A stretch of DNA of 64,000 nucleotides from the human T2T-CHM13v2.0 reference genome, Homo sapiens, in the NCBI RefSeq assembly GCF_009914755.1, contig NC_060928.1; one strand, given 5' to 3'. Position 1 is the stretch's first letter. The number at the start of each line of letters is the position of its first letter. The position numbers and the translations under genes were made by a program. The notes under the pieces were generated by a model, which was given only the letters and a program-made list of their open reading frames with translations, was not told where the DNA came from and ran no database searches. This document shows positions 36,371-55,246 of this stretch, one piece after another.

Positions 36371-37846
36371 ATTTACTTATTTATTTTTATTATACTTTAA
36401 GTTTTAGTGTACATGTGCACAACGTGCAGGTTTGTTACATATGTATACATGTGCCATGTTGGTGTGCTGCACCCATTAACTCGTCATTTAGCATTAGGTA
36501 TATCTCCTAATGCTATCCCTCCCCCCTCCCCCCACCCCATAACAGGCCCCAGTGTGTGATGTTCCTCTTCCTGTGTCCATGTGTTCTCATTGTTCAATTC
36601 CCACCTATGAGTGAGAACATGCGGTGTTTGGTTTTTTGTCCTTGCGATAGTTTGCTGAGAATGATGGTTTCCAGCTTCATCCATGTCCCTACAAAGGACA
36701 TGAACTCATCATTTTTTATGGCTGCATAGTATTCCAGGGTGTATATGTGCCACATTTTCTTAATCCAGTCTATCATTGTTGGACATTTGGGTTGGTTCCA
36801 AGTCTTTGCTATTGTGAATGCTGCTGCAATAAACAGATGTGTGTGTGTGTCTTTATAGCAGCATGTTTTGTAATCCTTTGGGTATATACGCAGTAATGGG
36901 ATGGCTGGGTCAAATGGTATTTCTACTTCTAGATCCTTGAGGAATCGCCACACTGACTTCCACAATGGTTGAACTAGTTTACAGTCCCACCAACAGTGTA
37001 AAAATGTTCCTATTTCTCCACATCCTCTCCAGCACCTGTTGTTTCCTGACTTTTTAACGACCGCCATTCTAACTGGTGTGAGATGGTATCTCATTGTGGT
37101 TTTGATTTACATTTCTCTGATGGCCAGTGATAATGAGCATTTTTTCATGTGTCTGTTGGCTGCATAAATGTCTTCTTTTGAGAAGTGTCTGTTCATATCC
37201 TTCACCCACTTTTTGATGGGGTTGTCTGTTTTTTTCTTGTAAATTCGTCCTGGAGGCATCATGCTACCTGACTTCAAACTATGCTACAAGGCTGCAGTAA
37301 CCAAAACAGCATGGTACTGGTACTAAAACAGAGATATAGACCAATGGAACAGAACAGAGCCCTCAGAAATAATGCCACATAGCTACAACTATCTAATCTC
37401 TGACAAACCTGACAAAAACAAGAAATGGGCAAAGGATTCCCTATTTAATCAATGGTGCTGGGAAAACTGGCTAGCCATATGTAGAAAGCTGAAACTGGAT
37501 CCCTTCCTTACATCTTACACAAAAAATTAATTCAAGATGGATTAAAGACTTAAATGTTAGACCTAAAACCATAAAAACCCTAGAAGGAAACCTAGGCAAT
37601 ACCATTCAGGACATAGGCGTGGGCAAGGACATCATTTCTAAAACACCAAAAGCAATGGCAACAAAAGCCAAAATTGACAAATGGGATCTAATTAAACTAA
37701 AGAGCTTCTGCACAGCAAAAGAAACTACCATCAGAGTGAACAGGCAACCTACAGAATGGGAGAAAATTTTTGCAATCTACGCATCTGACAAAGGGCTAAT
37801 ATCCAGAATCTACAATGAACTCAAACAAATTTACAAGAAAAAAACA
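36371..37846 (-). mobile_element. L1PA4-like 5'-truncated, 5'-inverted (twin-primed) LINE-1
   Basis: 3' UTR and ORF2 end on minus (36371-37248), upstream ORF2 piece on plus (37250-37846). TSD ACATTTATTTT at 36360 and 37844, followed by AA. Confidence 0.93.
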
Positions 37847-38627
37847 TTTATTTTAATTTAAAATCAAATTATACTGACATAGTGCCAAAATAACTGCTCT
37901 ATGAGATCAATAAATCCAATCTATTCTGATGTAGAAAGGCAAAACCCATGTGTGTTGCTTTGTAATAGTAACCAAACAGTCATTATGTTTCAGCCATTTC
38001 AGGAACATATTTGTGATTGTTGTATATTGATTATGACTCTGGTCAGTTGTGGTTAACAAGCCTTTTTTTTCCTTATACTTTGTTTTTTCCAAGGAGCCTA
38101 TTTTGTTTTATAGCATGGTTGGACTTTTGCCTAGAACATTACAAATGTGTTCAATATAACCAGTATTTATCCCAACTTTCTGAAGAAGAAACTTCTCCTA
38201 TTTAACTCCAACCTCATGACTCTTCTCTGATATTGTTCCAGCCGTAGGTGTTAGCATCTGCTATTGTAAAATCTTTTGTGTTGATTGGTGAGGACTGAGG
38301 TGAGGACCAGAGCCAAGATCACTTTCTACATGAAATATTATACAGTTCTGCCACATGTCCAACTCTATAAATTACTAGAAGTTTATGGAAGTGGGTATAT
38401 CTTCAAGCTCATCTTTTTTATTTATTATACTTTAAGTTCTAGGGTACACGTGCACCATGTGCAGGTTTGTTACATACGTATACATGGGCCATGTTGGTGT
38501 GCTGCACCCATTAACTCGTCATGTACATTAGGTATATCTCCTAATGCTTTCCCTCCCCCCTCCCCCAACCCCATGACAGGCAGTGGTGTGTGATGTTCCC
38601 CTTCCTATGTCCAAGTGTTCTCATTGT

Positions 38628-42445
<3,818 letters not shown>

Positions 42446-42508
42446 TATGATGTTAGCTGGTTATTTTGCTCGTTAGTTGATGCAGTTTCTTCCTAGCCTC
42501 AGTGGTCT

Positions 42509-43524
42509 TTACAGTTTGGCATGGTTTTGCACTGGCTGGTACCAGTTGTTCTTTCCATATTTAGTGCTTCCTTCAGGAGCTCTTTTAGGGCAGGCCTGGT
42601 GGTGACAAAATCTCTCAGCATTTGCTTGTCTGTAAAGGATTTTATTTCTCCTTCACTTATGAAGCTTAGTTTGGCTGGATATGAAATTCTGGGTTGAAAA
42701 TTCTTTTCTTTAAAAATGTTGAATATTGGCCCCCACTCTCTTCTGGCTTGTAGAGTTTCTGCTGAGAGATCAGCTGTTAGTCTGGTGGGCTTCCCTGTGT
42801 GGGTAACCCGATCTTTCTCTCTGGCTGCCCTTAACATTTTTTCCTTCATTTCAACTTTGGTGAATCTGACAATTATGTGTCTTGGAGTTGCTCTTCTCGA
42901 GGAGTATCTTTGTGGCGTTCTCTGTATTTCCTGAATTTGAATGTTGGCCTGCCTTGCTAGGTTGGGGAAGTTCTCCCAGATAATACCCTGAAGAGTGTTT
43001 TCCAACTTGGTTCCATTCTCCCCATCACTTTCAGGTACACCAAACAGATGTAGATTTGGTCTTTTCACATAGTCCCATATTTCTTGGAGGCTTTGTTCAT
43101 GTCTTTTTACTCTTTTTTCTCTAAACTTCTCTTCTCGCTTCATTTCGTTCATTTGATCTTCAATCACTGATACCCTTTCTTCCAGTTGAACGAATCGGCT
43201 ACTGAAGCTTGTGCATTTGTCACGTAGTTCTTGTGCCATGGTTTTCAGCTCCATCAGGTCATTTAAGGACTTCTCTACACTGGTTATTTTAGTTAGCCAT
43301 TCGTCTAATCTTTTTTCAAGGTTTTTAGCTTCTTTGCCTTGGGTTCAAACTTCCTCCTTTAGCTCGGAGAAGTTTGATCGTCTGAAGCCTTCTTCTCTCA
43401 ACTCGTCAAAGTCATTCTCCATCCAGCTTTGTTCCATTGCTGGCGAGGAGCTGTGTTCCTTTGGAGGGGGAGAGGTACTCTAATTTTTAGAATTTTCAGC
43501 TTTTCTGCTCTGTTTTTTCCCCAT
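42509..43524 (-). pseudogene. L1 ORF1p, disrupted
   Basis: ATGGGGAAAAAACAGAGC start at 43524, early TGA (GAAGTTTGAACC), 251-aa fragment 42499-43254 with a frameshifted C-terminus. Confidence 0.92.
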
Positions 43525-44661
43525 CTTTGTGGTTTTATCTACCTTTGGTCTTTGATCATGGTGATGTGCAGATGGGGTTTTGGTGTGGATGTCCTTACTG
43601 TTAGTTTTCCTTCTAATGGTCACGATCCTCAGATGTTGGAGTTTGCTGGAGGTCCACTCTAGACCCTGTTTGCCTGGGTATAAGCAGCAGAGGCTGCAGA
43701 ACAGCGAATATTGCTGAACAGCAAATGCTGCCTGATCGTTCCTCTGGAAGCTTCGTCTCAGAGGGGGACCCGGCTGTGTGAGGTGTCAGTCTGCCCCTAC
43801 TGGGGGGTGCCTCCCAGTTAGGCTACTTGGGGGTCAGGGACCCACTTGAGGAGGCAGTCTGTCCGTTCTCAGATCTCAAACTCCATGCTGGGAGAACCAC
43901 TACTCTCTTCAAAGCTGTCAGACAGGGACATTTAAGTATGCAGAGGTTTCTGCTGCCTTTTGTTTGGCTATGCCCTGCCCCTAGAGGTGGAGTCTACAAA
44001 GGCGGGCAAGCCTCCTTGAGCTGCAGTGGACTCCACCCAGTTCAAGCTTCCTGCCACTTTGTTTACCTACTCAAGCCTCAGCCATGGTGGGCGCCCCTCC
44101 CTCAGCCTCGCTGCCACCTTGCAGTTTGATCTCAGACTGCTGTGCTAGCAATGAATGAGAATCCGCGGGCGTGGGACCCTCCAAGCCATGCATGGGATAT
44201 AATCTCCTGGTGTGCCGTTTGCTAAGACCATTGGAAAAGCGCAGTATTAGGGTGGGAGTGACCCGATTTTCCAGGTGCCGTCTGTCACCCCTTCCCTTGG
44301 CTAGGAAAGGGAATTCCCTGACCCCTTGCACTTCCCGGGTGAGGCAATGCCTCGCCCTGTTTCAGCTCACACTCAGTGGGCTGCACCTACTGTCCTGCCC
44401 CCACTGTCCAACGATCCCCAGTGAGATGAACCCAGTACCTCAGTTGGAAATGCAGAAATCACCCGTCTGCGTCGCTCACGCTGGGAGCTGTAGGCTGGAG
44501 CTGTTCGTATTCAGCCATCTTGGAACTACCCCATATATATTAATTTATAATGGCTCTAGAAAATCTTAAATGTTCTAGAGTGGCATAACATTATAGTTTA
44601 TTTTACTGATAAGTTCATATTTCAAGAATTACAGAAAGGGGTAATAAAAGTAGTGGCATAG

Positions 44662-44870
44662 TGTGGGCAACATGGTGAAACCCCATCTCCACAAAAAATA
44701 CAAAAAAGTTAAGTGGGTATGGTGGCATGCACCTGTAATCCCAGCTACTCAGGAGGCTAAGGTGGGAGGATCACTTGAGCCCAGGGAGTGGAGGCTGAAG
44801 TGAGCCATGATTGTGCTACTGCACTCCAGCTTGTGCAACAGAGTGAGACACTATCTCCAAAAAAAAAAAA
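44662..44870 (+). mobile_element. 5'-truncated AluJ
   Basis: GGGCAACATGGTGAAACCCC, linker, GGTGGGAGGATCACTTGAGCCCAGG, A12 tail. Confidence 0.88.
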
Positions 44871-46663
44871 GTAATAATAACAATAATGACATAAAAAGAA
44901 AATATGAACAAAAAAAGTATGGTAATATAGAAAGTAATGAATTCAAGTGATAATGAATTATACATTTTCCATTCAATAAGTGCTTTAAAATTAATTTAAA
45001 ACTAAACCCTGTAGTTTTTCATAGTCTATGGTTGTAAGACAGTATAGAACAGCATGTCAGGGCACAGAATCTCAAGTCAGAAAGTCCCTAGCTCTAGTGT
45101 TGGATCTATTATTTGTCAATTAGCTCTGCAATCTTGGAAAACTTATTCAAGCTTTCCATGCCTGTTTATCGTTAGGTACCTGTCCTGAAAGAATTAAATG
45201 AGATATTATGTAAAAGTTTTTAGCCTAACATACAGTTAATGTCTGTTTTTGTTAATTTTTACTAAACAACTATGCTTAGGATGACATCTTATGATTTCCA
45301 ATCATCTTCTAATAATGTAAAACTGTAATAAATTGATAACAAATATAAGCTACTACTTACCTTTACCATTTTTTTCTTTTTAGTCTTTTTAGAACAGTTT
45401 TAGGTATAGAGATTTCCCTTATATCCCCCATCCCTACATATATACAGCCTCCCCACTATCAAAATCCTGTCCCATTTGTTACAATTCATGAATGTACACT
45501 GACACATCATTATCACCCAAAGTCTCTGGAGTTCATTTGTGGTGTTGTATATTCTACGGACTTTGACAAATGTATGATAACATGTATCCACCATCATAGT
45601 ATTATATGTTAATAGTTTCACTTTCCTAAAAATCTTCTGTGCTCTGCCTATTCATCCCTCTCTCCCCAACCTCTGGCAACCACTAATTCTTTTACTGTAT
45701 TCATAGTTTTGCCTTTTCTAGAATGTCATATAATTGAAATAATAAAGGATGTAGTCTTTTCAGATTGACTTCTTTCACTTAGTAATATGCATTTAACTTT
45801 TCTACATGTCTTTTCATGGCTCACCAGATCTTTTTTTAGGTCCTTAATATTCCATTGTCTGGATATTCCACACTTTTTTATTCACCTACTGAAAGGCATC
45901 TTGTTGTTCTTAAAGCTTTGGCAGTTATGAACAAAGCTGCTATATGCATTCATGTGTAGGTTTTTGTGAGGGCATACATTTTCAACTCATTTGGGTGAAT
46001 CCAAAGAAGCACAATTACTAGACTGTATAAGAGTATGTTTAGTTCAGTAAGAAACTCACAAACTATCTTCTAAATTGGCAGTTCCATTTTGCATTCCCAG
46101 TAGCAATAAATGAGTGTTCCTGTTACTCTGCATCCTGCTACATTTGGTGGTGGTGTTTTGGTTTTGTCCATTCTAACAGATGTATAGTGATATTGTTTTA
46201 ATTTGCAATTTCTTAACGACATGAAATGTCACACATCTCTTCATATGCTTATTTGCCATCTGTTCATGTATTTGGCCCATTTTTAATGAATTTGTTCATT
46301 TTCTTATCGTTGAGTTTTAAGAGTTCTTTGTGCATTTTGGGTAACAGTCCTTTACTACTAGTTATTTATCTTGCAAGTATTTTCTCCCAGGTTGTGACCT
46401 GTCTTCTCATTATCTTGGCAGTGCCTTTTGCAGCGAAGTTTTAAATTTTAATGAAGTCCAGTTTGTGTTTTTTTCTTTCATGAATCATGCTTTTGGTATT
46501 GTATCTAGAAAGTCATCACCAAACCTAAGGTCATTTATATTTTCTTCCATTTTATCCTGTAAAAATAGTGGCTGTAATTATCCTGTAAAAAATAATTTTA
46601 TGGTTTTGTGTTTTACATTTAGGTCTTTGATCCATTTTGAATAAATTTTCATGAAGGGTGTAG

Positions 46664-46984
<321 letters not shown>

Positions 46985-47044
46985 CTAAATTAATTTTTTT
47001 TTTTTGCCATGAAGATTTACAATTATGCTTGCACCATTTGTTGA

Positions 47045-47345
<301 letters not shown>

Positions 47346-49929
47346 CAAGAAAAGACTATCTTTGTTCCATTTATTCCCTTTGCTCCTTTGTCAAATATCT
47401 GCAGCCTGTATTTATGTGAATCTACTTCTGGGCTCTCTGTTCTGTTTCATTGATTTATTTGCCTACATTTTCACAATACCACACTGTAGCTGGGACTACA
47501 GGCGCATGCCACCACACGCAGTTAAGTTTTTTGTATTTTTTGTGGAGATGGGGTTTTACCATGTTGCACAGGTTGTGCCACAATTTTTATCACCCCCTTT
47601 TTTTATTACTGTCTTGATTGCTGTAGTTACAATAGGAAGCCCTAATGTCAGGTAGTGGCAGTGCTCTGAATCAATATTTCATTGAATATTCTGAGAATCA
47701 GTTTGTTGATATCCAAAAAATAACTTTCTGGGATGGCAACTGGAGTATATTTAAGCTATAGATCAATTAGGGAAAAACTAACATCTTAACAATATTAAGT
47801 TTTCTCATAATGAACATGGAATATCTCTCTAGTTCCTCTTTGATTTCTTTTCGTAGTTTTGGGGTTCTTTTTTCACATTGATCTTCCCCCCCATACTTTT
47901 GTTATATTTACACGTAAGTCTTCATTATTTTGAGTGCTAATATAAAAGGTGTTGTGGTTTCAATTTCAAATTTAACTTGTTCATTATTGGTATAGAGGAA
48001 AGTAATTGACTTATATATATTAACCTTGTATCCTGAAACCTCACAATAATCACTTCCTAGGTTTAGCCTTTTTGATTTTGTTGATCCTTTCAGATTTTCT
48101 ACATAGACAATCATATTTCATGAACAAAGACAGCTTTATTTCTTGCTTCCCAATCAACATAATTTTGTTTCCTTTTCTTGTCTTATTGCATTAGCTAGGG
48201 CTTTCAGTATAATGCTGAAAAGCAATGGTGAGAGTGACATCCTTGCCTTGTTCCTAATCTTAGCAGGAAAGCTCTGAATTTCTCACCATTAAGTATGAGG
48301 TTAGTTTTATCCCATTGAGGAAGTTTTCTTCTATTCCTAGTTTTCTGGGAATTTTTATCATGAATGGCTATTAGATTTTGTCAGTTTTCTTCTGTATCTA
48401 TTGATGTGATCATATAATTTATATTTTTAATCTGTTGTTGTGGATTAAATAAATTAATTTTTTGAATGTTGAATCAGCCTTGCAGACCTGAGATAAATCC
48501 CACTGGTCAAGGCATTTAATTCTTTTTATACATTATTGGATTCAATCTGTCCATATTTTGTTGAAGATTCCTCCATCTATGTTCCTGGAGGAAACAAAAA
48601 AAGAAAATGCCTTTTTTTGTTTTTTTGTTTCAATGCCTTTATCTGATTTTGGTTTTAGGGTAATGCTGGCCTCATGAAATGAGTTAGGAAGTGTACTCTC
48701 TACTTCTATCTCCTGGAAGAGATTGTACAGAATTCTTATAATTTCTTTTTAAATGTACAGTTCACCAGTTCACTCAACTGCTTCTGGTGCTTCCCTCTGT
48801 CTTGGAAGATTATTTATTATTCATTTAATTTATCTAATAGATATAAGCCTACTCAGATTTTTTGCTTAATGTCTTAGAAAGTTATTAACTATTGACTCCA
48901 CTTATTTAATAGATACAAGCCTACTCAAAGTTTTTTATTTCTTCTTATGTAAATTTTGACAGATTTTTTCTTTAAAGAAATTGATCCATTTCATCAAGGT
49001 TATCAAGTTTGTGGGTGGGCATAGAGTTGTTTATAACATTCCTTTATTAACTTTTTGATGTCTATAAGATATGCACTGATGTCCCCTCTTTCATCTGATA
49101 TTAGTACTTTTTGTCTTCTCTCAGACATTTTGGCATTTGGGCCACCAAAATTTCTGATGAGAAATCTGCTGATAACCTTATTGAGGATTCCTTACATGTG
49201 AGAAATTGGTTCTGTTTGTCTTTAAAATTCTCTTTGTCCTTGTCTTTGGGAAGTTTGATTATAATGTGTCTCAGTTATTATTCGCTGTGAGTTCATTCTA
49301 CTTGGAGTTCATTTAACATCTTAGATCTTAATATTAATGCCTTTCATTAAATTTGGGAATTTGGGGCCATTATTTTTTCAGATTTTCTCTGTGCTCTTTT
49401 TGTGTGTAGGTCCACTTGATGGTGTCCCAGTTATCCCTTAGTCTCTGTTTACTTTTCTTCAATATTTTCTTTCTGTTTTTCAGATTTGATAATTTACATT
49501 GTCTTATCTTCAAGTTTGCTGATTCTTTCTTCTGTCTGTTCAAAACTGCCTTTGAATCTCTCTAGTAATTTTTTCGTTTTAGTTATTGTACTTTTCATCT
49601 ACAGAATCTATTTTTGGTGTTGTGTCAGATTGCTTAACTCTATATTGCTATTTCTATTTTGTTTGTACATTGTTTTCTTGACTTTTTCCATTTCTCCCTT
49701 CAGCTCTTTGAACATCTTTAAGACAGCTCTTTTAAAGTCTTTGTCTGGCAGATCCACCATCAAGATTTTCTCAGAAACAGTTTCTTATGGTTTGTTTTTT
49801 CTTTAGAATGAGTCGTACTTTTTCATTTATTTTTATGCCTTCTGATTGTTTTGTTGAAAAGCGGACATGTGAATGTAATTGTGTGGTAACTCTGGAAATC
49901 CAATACTACCTTTTACTCAAGATTTGGTT

Positions 49930-50045
49930 TTTTTATTCTTTATTTTTTATACATATTTTTATTATACTTTAAGTTCTAGGGTACATGTGCACAACGTGCA
50001 GGTTTGTTACATATGTATACATGTGCCATGTTGGTGTGCTGCACC
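49930..50045 (-). mobile_element. Very short L1PA 3' end (~85 bp plus tail)
   Basis: ATTATACTTTAAGTTCTAGGGTACATGTGCACAACGTGCAGG...GCTGCACC. Confidence 0.9.
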
Positions 50046-52245
50046 TACTTTTTTATTTTTATTTTTTGATTGTTGTAAGTTGCCTCTGTGTTCATGATCA
50101 GCCTGAAGAGTAAGCTAAAGGTCTTCTCAGGTCTTTTAAAAGCCTGTTTATTTTTTCTTCCACATCCAAAGAGTATGAATTTGTTCTACTAATTGTGGTT
50201 CAGTGAGTTCTTAGCATCACAGACCAGTAAAAGTCAATTATGTGTTACTGCTTCTCCCTCTCCCAATGTCATCCCCTATTTTCACTAACCATTCTAACAG
50301 TCTTCTTTGCTAAATTATTCTCCTTTTTCAGGTTTCTAAAACTTACACTACCCCAGGGATTAGCTCTTAGATTTCTCCTCTTCCCTATATATACTTATTT
50401 GTGGAATGATCTCTTCCAGTTAAATGACTTAAGGATAAACAATAGGATAAACATTTCTTAATTCATAACTCTGATAAACATTAATTATTTTCAGAAAAAA
50501 AGAGTAAAGTAAAGCCCCCTATGACCAAGCACATCCCTCTACATATCCAATTAATTCTCTTCATAGTAGCTGGAATCATTTTTAAAAAGTAATTCAGGCC
50601 ACGGAAAAACAGAAATCCTTATGAGCATTAGCACTGCAACATTGCATGGTCAGCATTAATTGGAAATGACATCTATTTTTGACAACAATACAGCAACACA
50701 GGCCAGATTTATCTTCCCATATGGAACAGCTGAAAAAAACAACAAAATATAAGACACAATGGCTCTCAAGACAGTGTTCTACAAAGGACATTGATTCTGA
50801 CAGATGATAGACAAATAAAGTGAGGCCTACAATTATCCCATCTCGCTGCCTGGAGAAAGTTTCCAGGGCATGGCATAGTGAGGGAAAACCCAGGCAGTGA
50901 TTAGCAAGTTCCCTCAGCTGAGAAGATAATTCTGGGAGTGTGACAAAACCAAGGAGGCTAGATGTCACAGAGCTCAGTACCAGAGGGACAGTATGGCTGA
51001 GTGAGGGAGCTCCAGAGATCTGCAGGAGATCTTCAAATATTCAGCTGAGTATTGATCATCACATATATGTGAAGAAACTACCTAAAGGAATCACTCAAAA
51101 GGATTAGTAGACACATTGTCTAGATATCACACAAAGCCAGGAATAGTGTCTGCCGTTAATCACCTGAATGGGTAATCTTATAATTCGCAAGGAATCAGCT
51201 AAAGTATTAAGGAAGTTTTTCCTAGTAATGGAGTCAAATGATCCAAGAATAAATGCTACCCTGATATGGCCTAACAAATAAAAGCGAAACCTAAAAGCAT
51301 TAAACTGCTTTCAACCAACAACAAGATCCCAGAACAAAGCTCAACAACATTTTTAGGAATAGAAAAATATCTAATATCCAACTAGGTAAAATTCACATTG
51401 TTTGGTGTCAAATAAATAATTACTAGGTATGCAAAGAAGTAGGAAATATGTCCTATGACCCATACTGAGAAGGAAAATCAATCATTCAAAACTTATATAT
51501 AAATGACACAGATAATAGAATTAATATATGATTAGTTATTAATCATATAATTATATTATTAATATATAAACTTAGAGATATGAAAGAGATCAAAAGAGCC
51601 TAACCAAACTTCTAAAGATGAAATCTACAATGTATAAGGTTAAAAATGTACTGAATGGTAGCAACAGTACGATTAGATGTGCAGGGAAAATAATCAGTGA
51701 ACTTGAAGACATAGTGCAAACATTTAAAGTGAAACACAGAAAAAAGATGGAAAAAAGAACATCAGTGAACTAGAGGCTAACTCTAAGCAGCCAATTATAT
51801 ATGTAATCAGAATCCTTAGTGAAGAAAAGAGAGGAGGTAAAGAAAATTATTTTTCAAATTTGATGATAATTATAAATACATTGATACAAGACAGTCAATT
51901 AACTCTAAGTAGAAAAACATGAAGAAAATATACCAAGGCATATCATAATTAAATTTTCTCAACCTAATAATAAAGAGAAAATGTTTAAACATCCAGAGGA
52001 CAAAAGACACATTATGTACAGAGGAGCAAAACTAATATTGTCAGCAGACTTCTCATTGGAAACAATGCAAGCTAGAAAACAGTGGAGCAACAGTTTTACA
52101 GTAACAAAAGAAACAAAAGAATCTTTCAACTATACTTTTACCCAGTAAAAATGTCTTTTAAATATTAAGCAAAATAAAGGCATACTCAGACATACAAAAG
52201 CTGAAAGAATTCACCCCCAGCAGACTTACACTATAAGAAATGTTA

Positions 52246-52812
<567 letters not shown>

Positions 52813-52826
52813 TCAATCTAGCCTTC

Positions 52827-53018
52827 TTTTTTTTTAATTTTATTATTATTATACTTTAAGTTTTAGGGTACATGTGCACAATGTGCAGGTTTGTTACATA
52901 TGTATACATGTGCCATGTTGGTGTGCTGCACTCATTAACTTGTCATTTAGCATTAGGTATATCTCCTAATGCTATCCCTCCCCGCTCCCCCTACCCCACA
53001 ACAGTCCCCGGAGTGTGA
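52827..53018 (-). mobile_element. Short L1PA (PA3/4-like) 3' end
   Basis: L1 3' UTR to GAGTGTGA, with TSD core TAGCCTTC at 52819-52826 and 53019-53026. Confidence 0.92.
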
Positions 53019-54820
53019 TAGCCTTCATTTTCTGTTCAAGAATTAGCTCATAATCAATGATGGCCATAACTGTAAAATCTAAAACTATACAACTTCTAAA
53101 AGAAAACATAGAAGAAATTTGTAACCTTGGGTTGGGCAGAGATTTATCAGGTGAAATACAAAATGAATAATTCATAAAAGAAAACAATAATAAGCAACTG
53201 GCTTTTATCAAAATAAAGAACTGATCTTCAAATGACACTAGTAAAAGTACTAAAACACTGAGCAAAAATGTGTGCAAATCACATATCATATCAAGAAATT
53301 TTGTCCAGAATATACAAAGAAATTTTGATGCTCAATAATAAGAGAATAAACAACTCAATTTAAAGATGTACAAATATTTGAACAAACTCATCACCAAGAA
53401 GACATACAGATGTCTACTAAGCACATGCAAAGATGTTCAACATAATTAGCTAGGAGGAAAATGCAAATTAAATCCACAGTGAGATACCACTATATACCCA
53501 GTGAAATGGCTAAAATTAGAACAAACAAGCAAAGAAACAAAAAGACTTGACCATTACAAGTGTTGGCAAGATAGGGAGAAATAGAAATCCTCACATACTG
53601 TTGGTGAGAATGTATAAAGAGACAGCTACTTTGGAAAATAGTTTGGCAACTTCTTAAAAAGTTAAAGGTACATCTGCCATATGATTTAGTCATTCTATTC
53701 TTAGGTATTTATCCAGTGAAAATTAAAGCATATGTGCAGACAGACTTGCACACAAATTATCCCAGTAGCCTTCTTTCTAACAGCAAAATACTGGGGAAAA
53801 AAACTAAATACCGGTGAAATTTCTATACGATGACATCTTATTTATCAACAAAAATGAATGAACGGCTGACACACAAAACAGCATCAATGATTCTCGAAAT
53901 AATCATGCTGAGTAAAAAAGCTAGACCAAAAAAAGAAAAAAAAGCTCCTGCTTTTTGTAATGTTCCAATTCTAAGGTAGGATGGTCAAATTCTAGAACAG
54001 TCAAACTAATCTACGATGATAGAAAGCAGATCAATAATTGCCTGGGGATAAAAGCAGTGGGGAGGGATAGGGTAGAGGAATTGTATAGGGCATGGAGGAA
54101 AGTTTCTAGGGGAAGAATATGCTCATTATATTGATTGCAGTAATGATTTCACAGGCTTATACATATGTTAAAATGTATCGTATTATACACTTTAAACATT
54201 CGCAATTTGCAGTATGTCAGTTGCACTTCAATAAAATTATAAAAATAAAACAAATCACTCTTCTGCTCATTGCCCTCTAATGTCTTTCCATTTGTTTTAG
54301 AAGAACATTTAATGTTCCTACTATGAGTTCAAAGGTTCTACATGATCTGGCTCCTTGCTAGTGTTTTATACTTTTTATTATTAACTTCATCTAGTCTTCC
54401 TTTTGACACCGAACATAAGCATGTTCCTGGTCAAAAACACTTGTTATTCTCTCAACTGCATAAACCTTCCCTACGGATATTTACATCTTGCTTCCTCATT
54501 TTCTTTAATTCTCTAATCCAGTGTTACCTTCTCAGAGAAAGCTTCCCTGGCCACACTGTTGACAGTAGTCCTCACACACTTAGGACATGTCACTCTTCAT
54601 CCTATTACCCCAATCCACCTATCTCCCTGGATCTTATCACCACCTGGTATTACATTAAATAATTATTTATTTATTATTCATTTCCCCATTAGAATGTGAG
54701 AGCCATGGTTATGGAGAACTTGTCTGTTTTGTCCAGTGCTATAACTCTATCAACTGGAACAGTTTCTAACATATTATACAGTCAATAAAGATTTATTGAC
54801 ACAAATATCTAGACACAGGC

Positions 54821-55115
54821 TGTCTTAGTTGGTTTGTGTTGCTATAACAGAGTAGCTGAGACTAGGTAATTCATAAAGAACAAAAACTTATTTCTCACAG
54901 TTAAAGAGGCTAGGAAGTCCAAGATTAATGTGCTGACATCTGGTGAGGACATGTTTGCTATGTCCTGACATGTGTGAAGTTTCTTGTATAAGAACCTTAA
55001 TTCCATTAATAAGGGAGAAGCCCTTATGGCCTAATCACCTCTTATAGACCGCACCCCTTAATACTATCAGATTGGCAAAACCTGAATTTTAGGGGGCCAC
55101 ATTCAAACCACAGCA
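54821..55115 (-). mobile_element. MST-family (MSTC/D-like) MaLR LTR, internally deleted
   Basis: TGTCTTAGTT.GTTTGTGTTGCTATAACAGA...GGAAGTCCAAGAT...CACATTCAAACCACAGCA. Confidence 0.8.
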
Positions 55116-55246
55116 AGTGCTAAACCCTTGCTTCTTGTACACTATTATACTGGAACACTCATTGTTACCAATTTAAATTTTTCCTTCTATTTTTTCTTGA
55201 GATATGTTGATATATGTGTTAGGATTGGAGTCTTAAACTATTGGTA

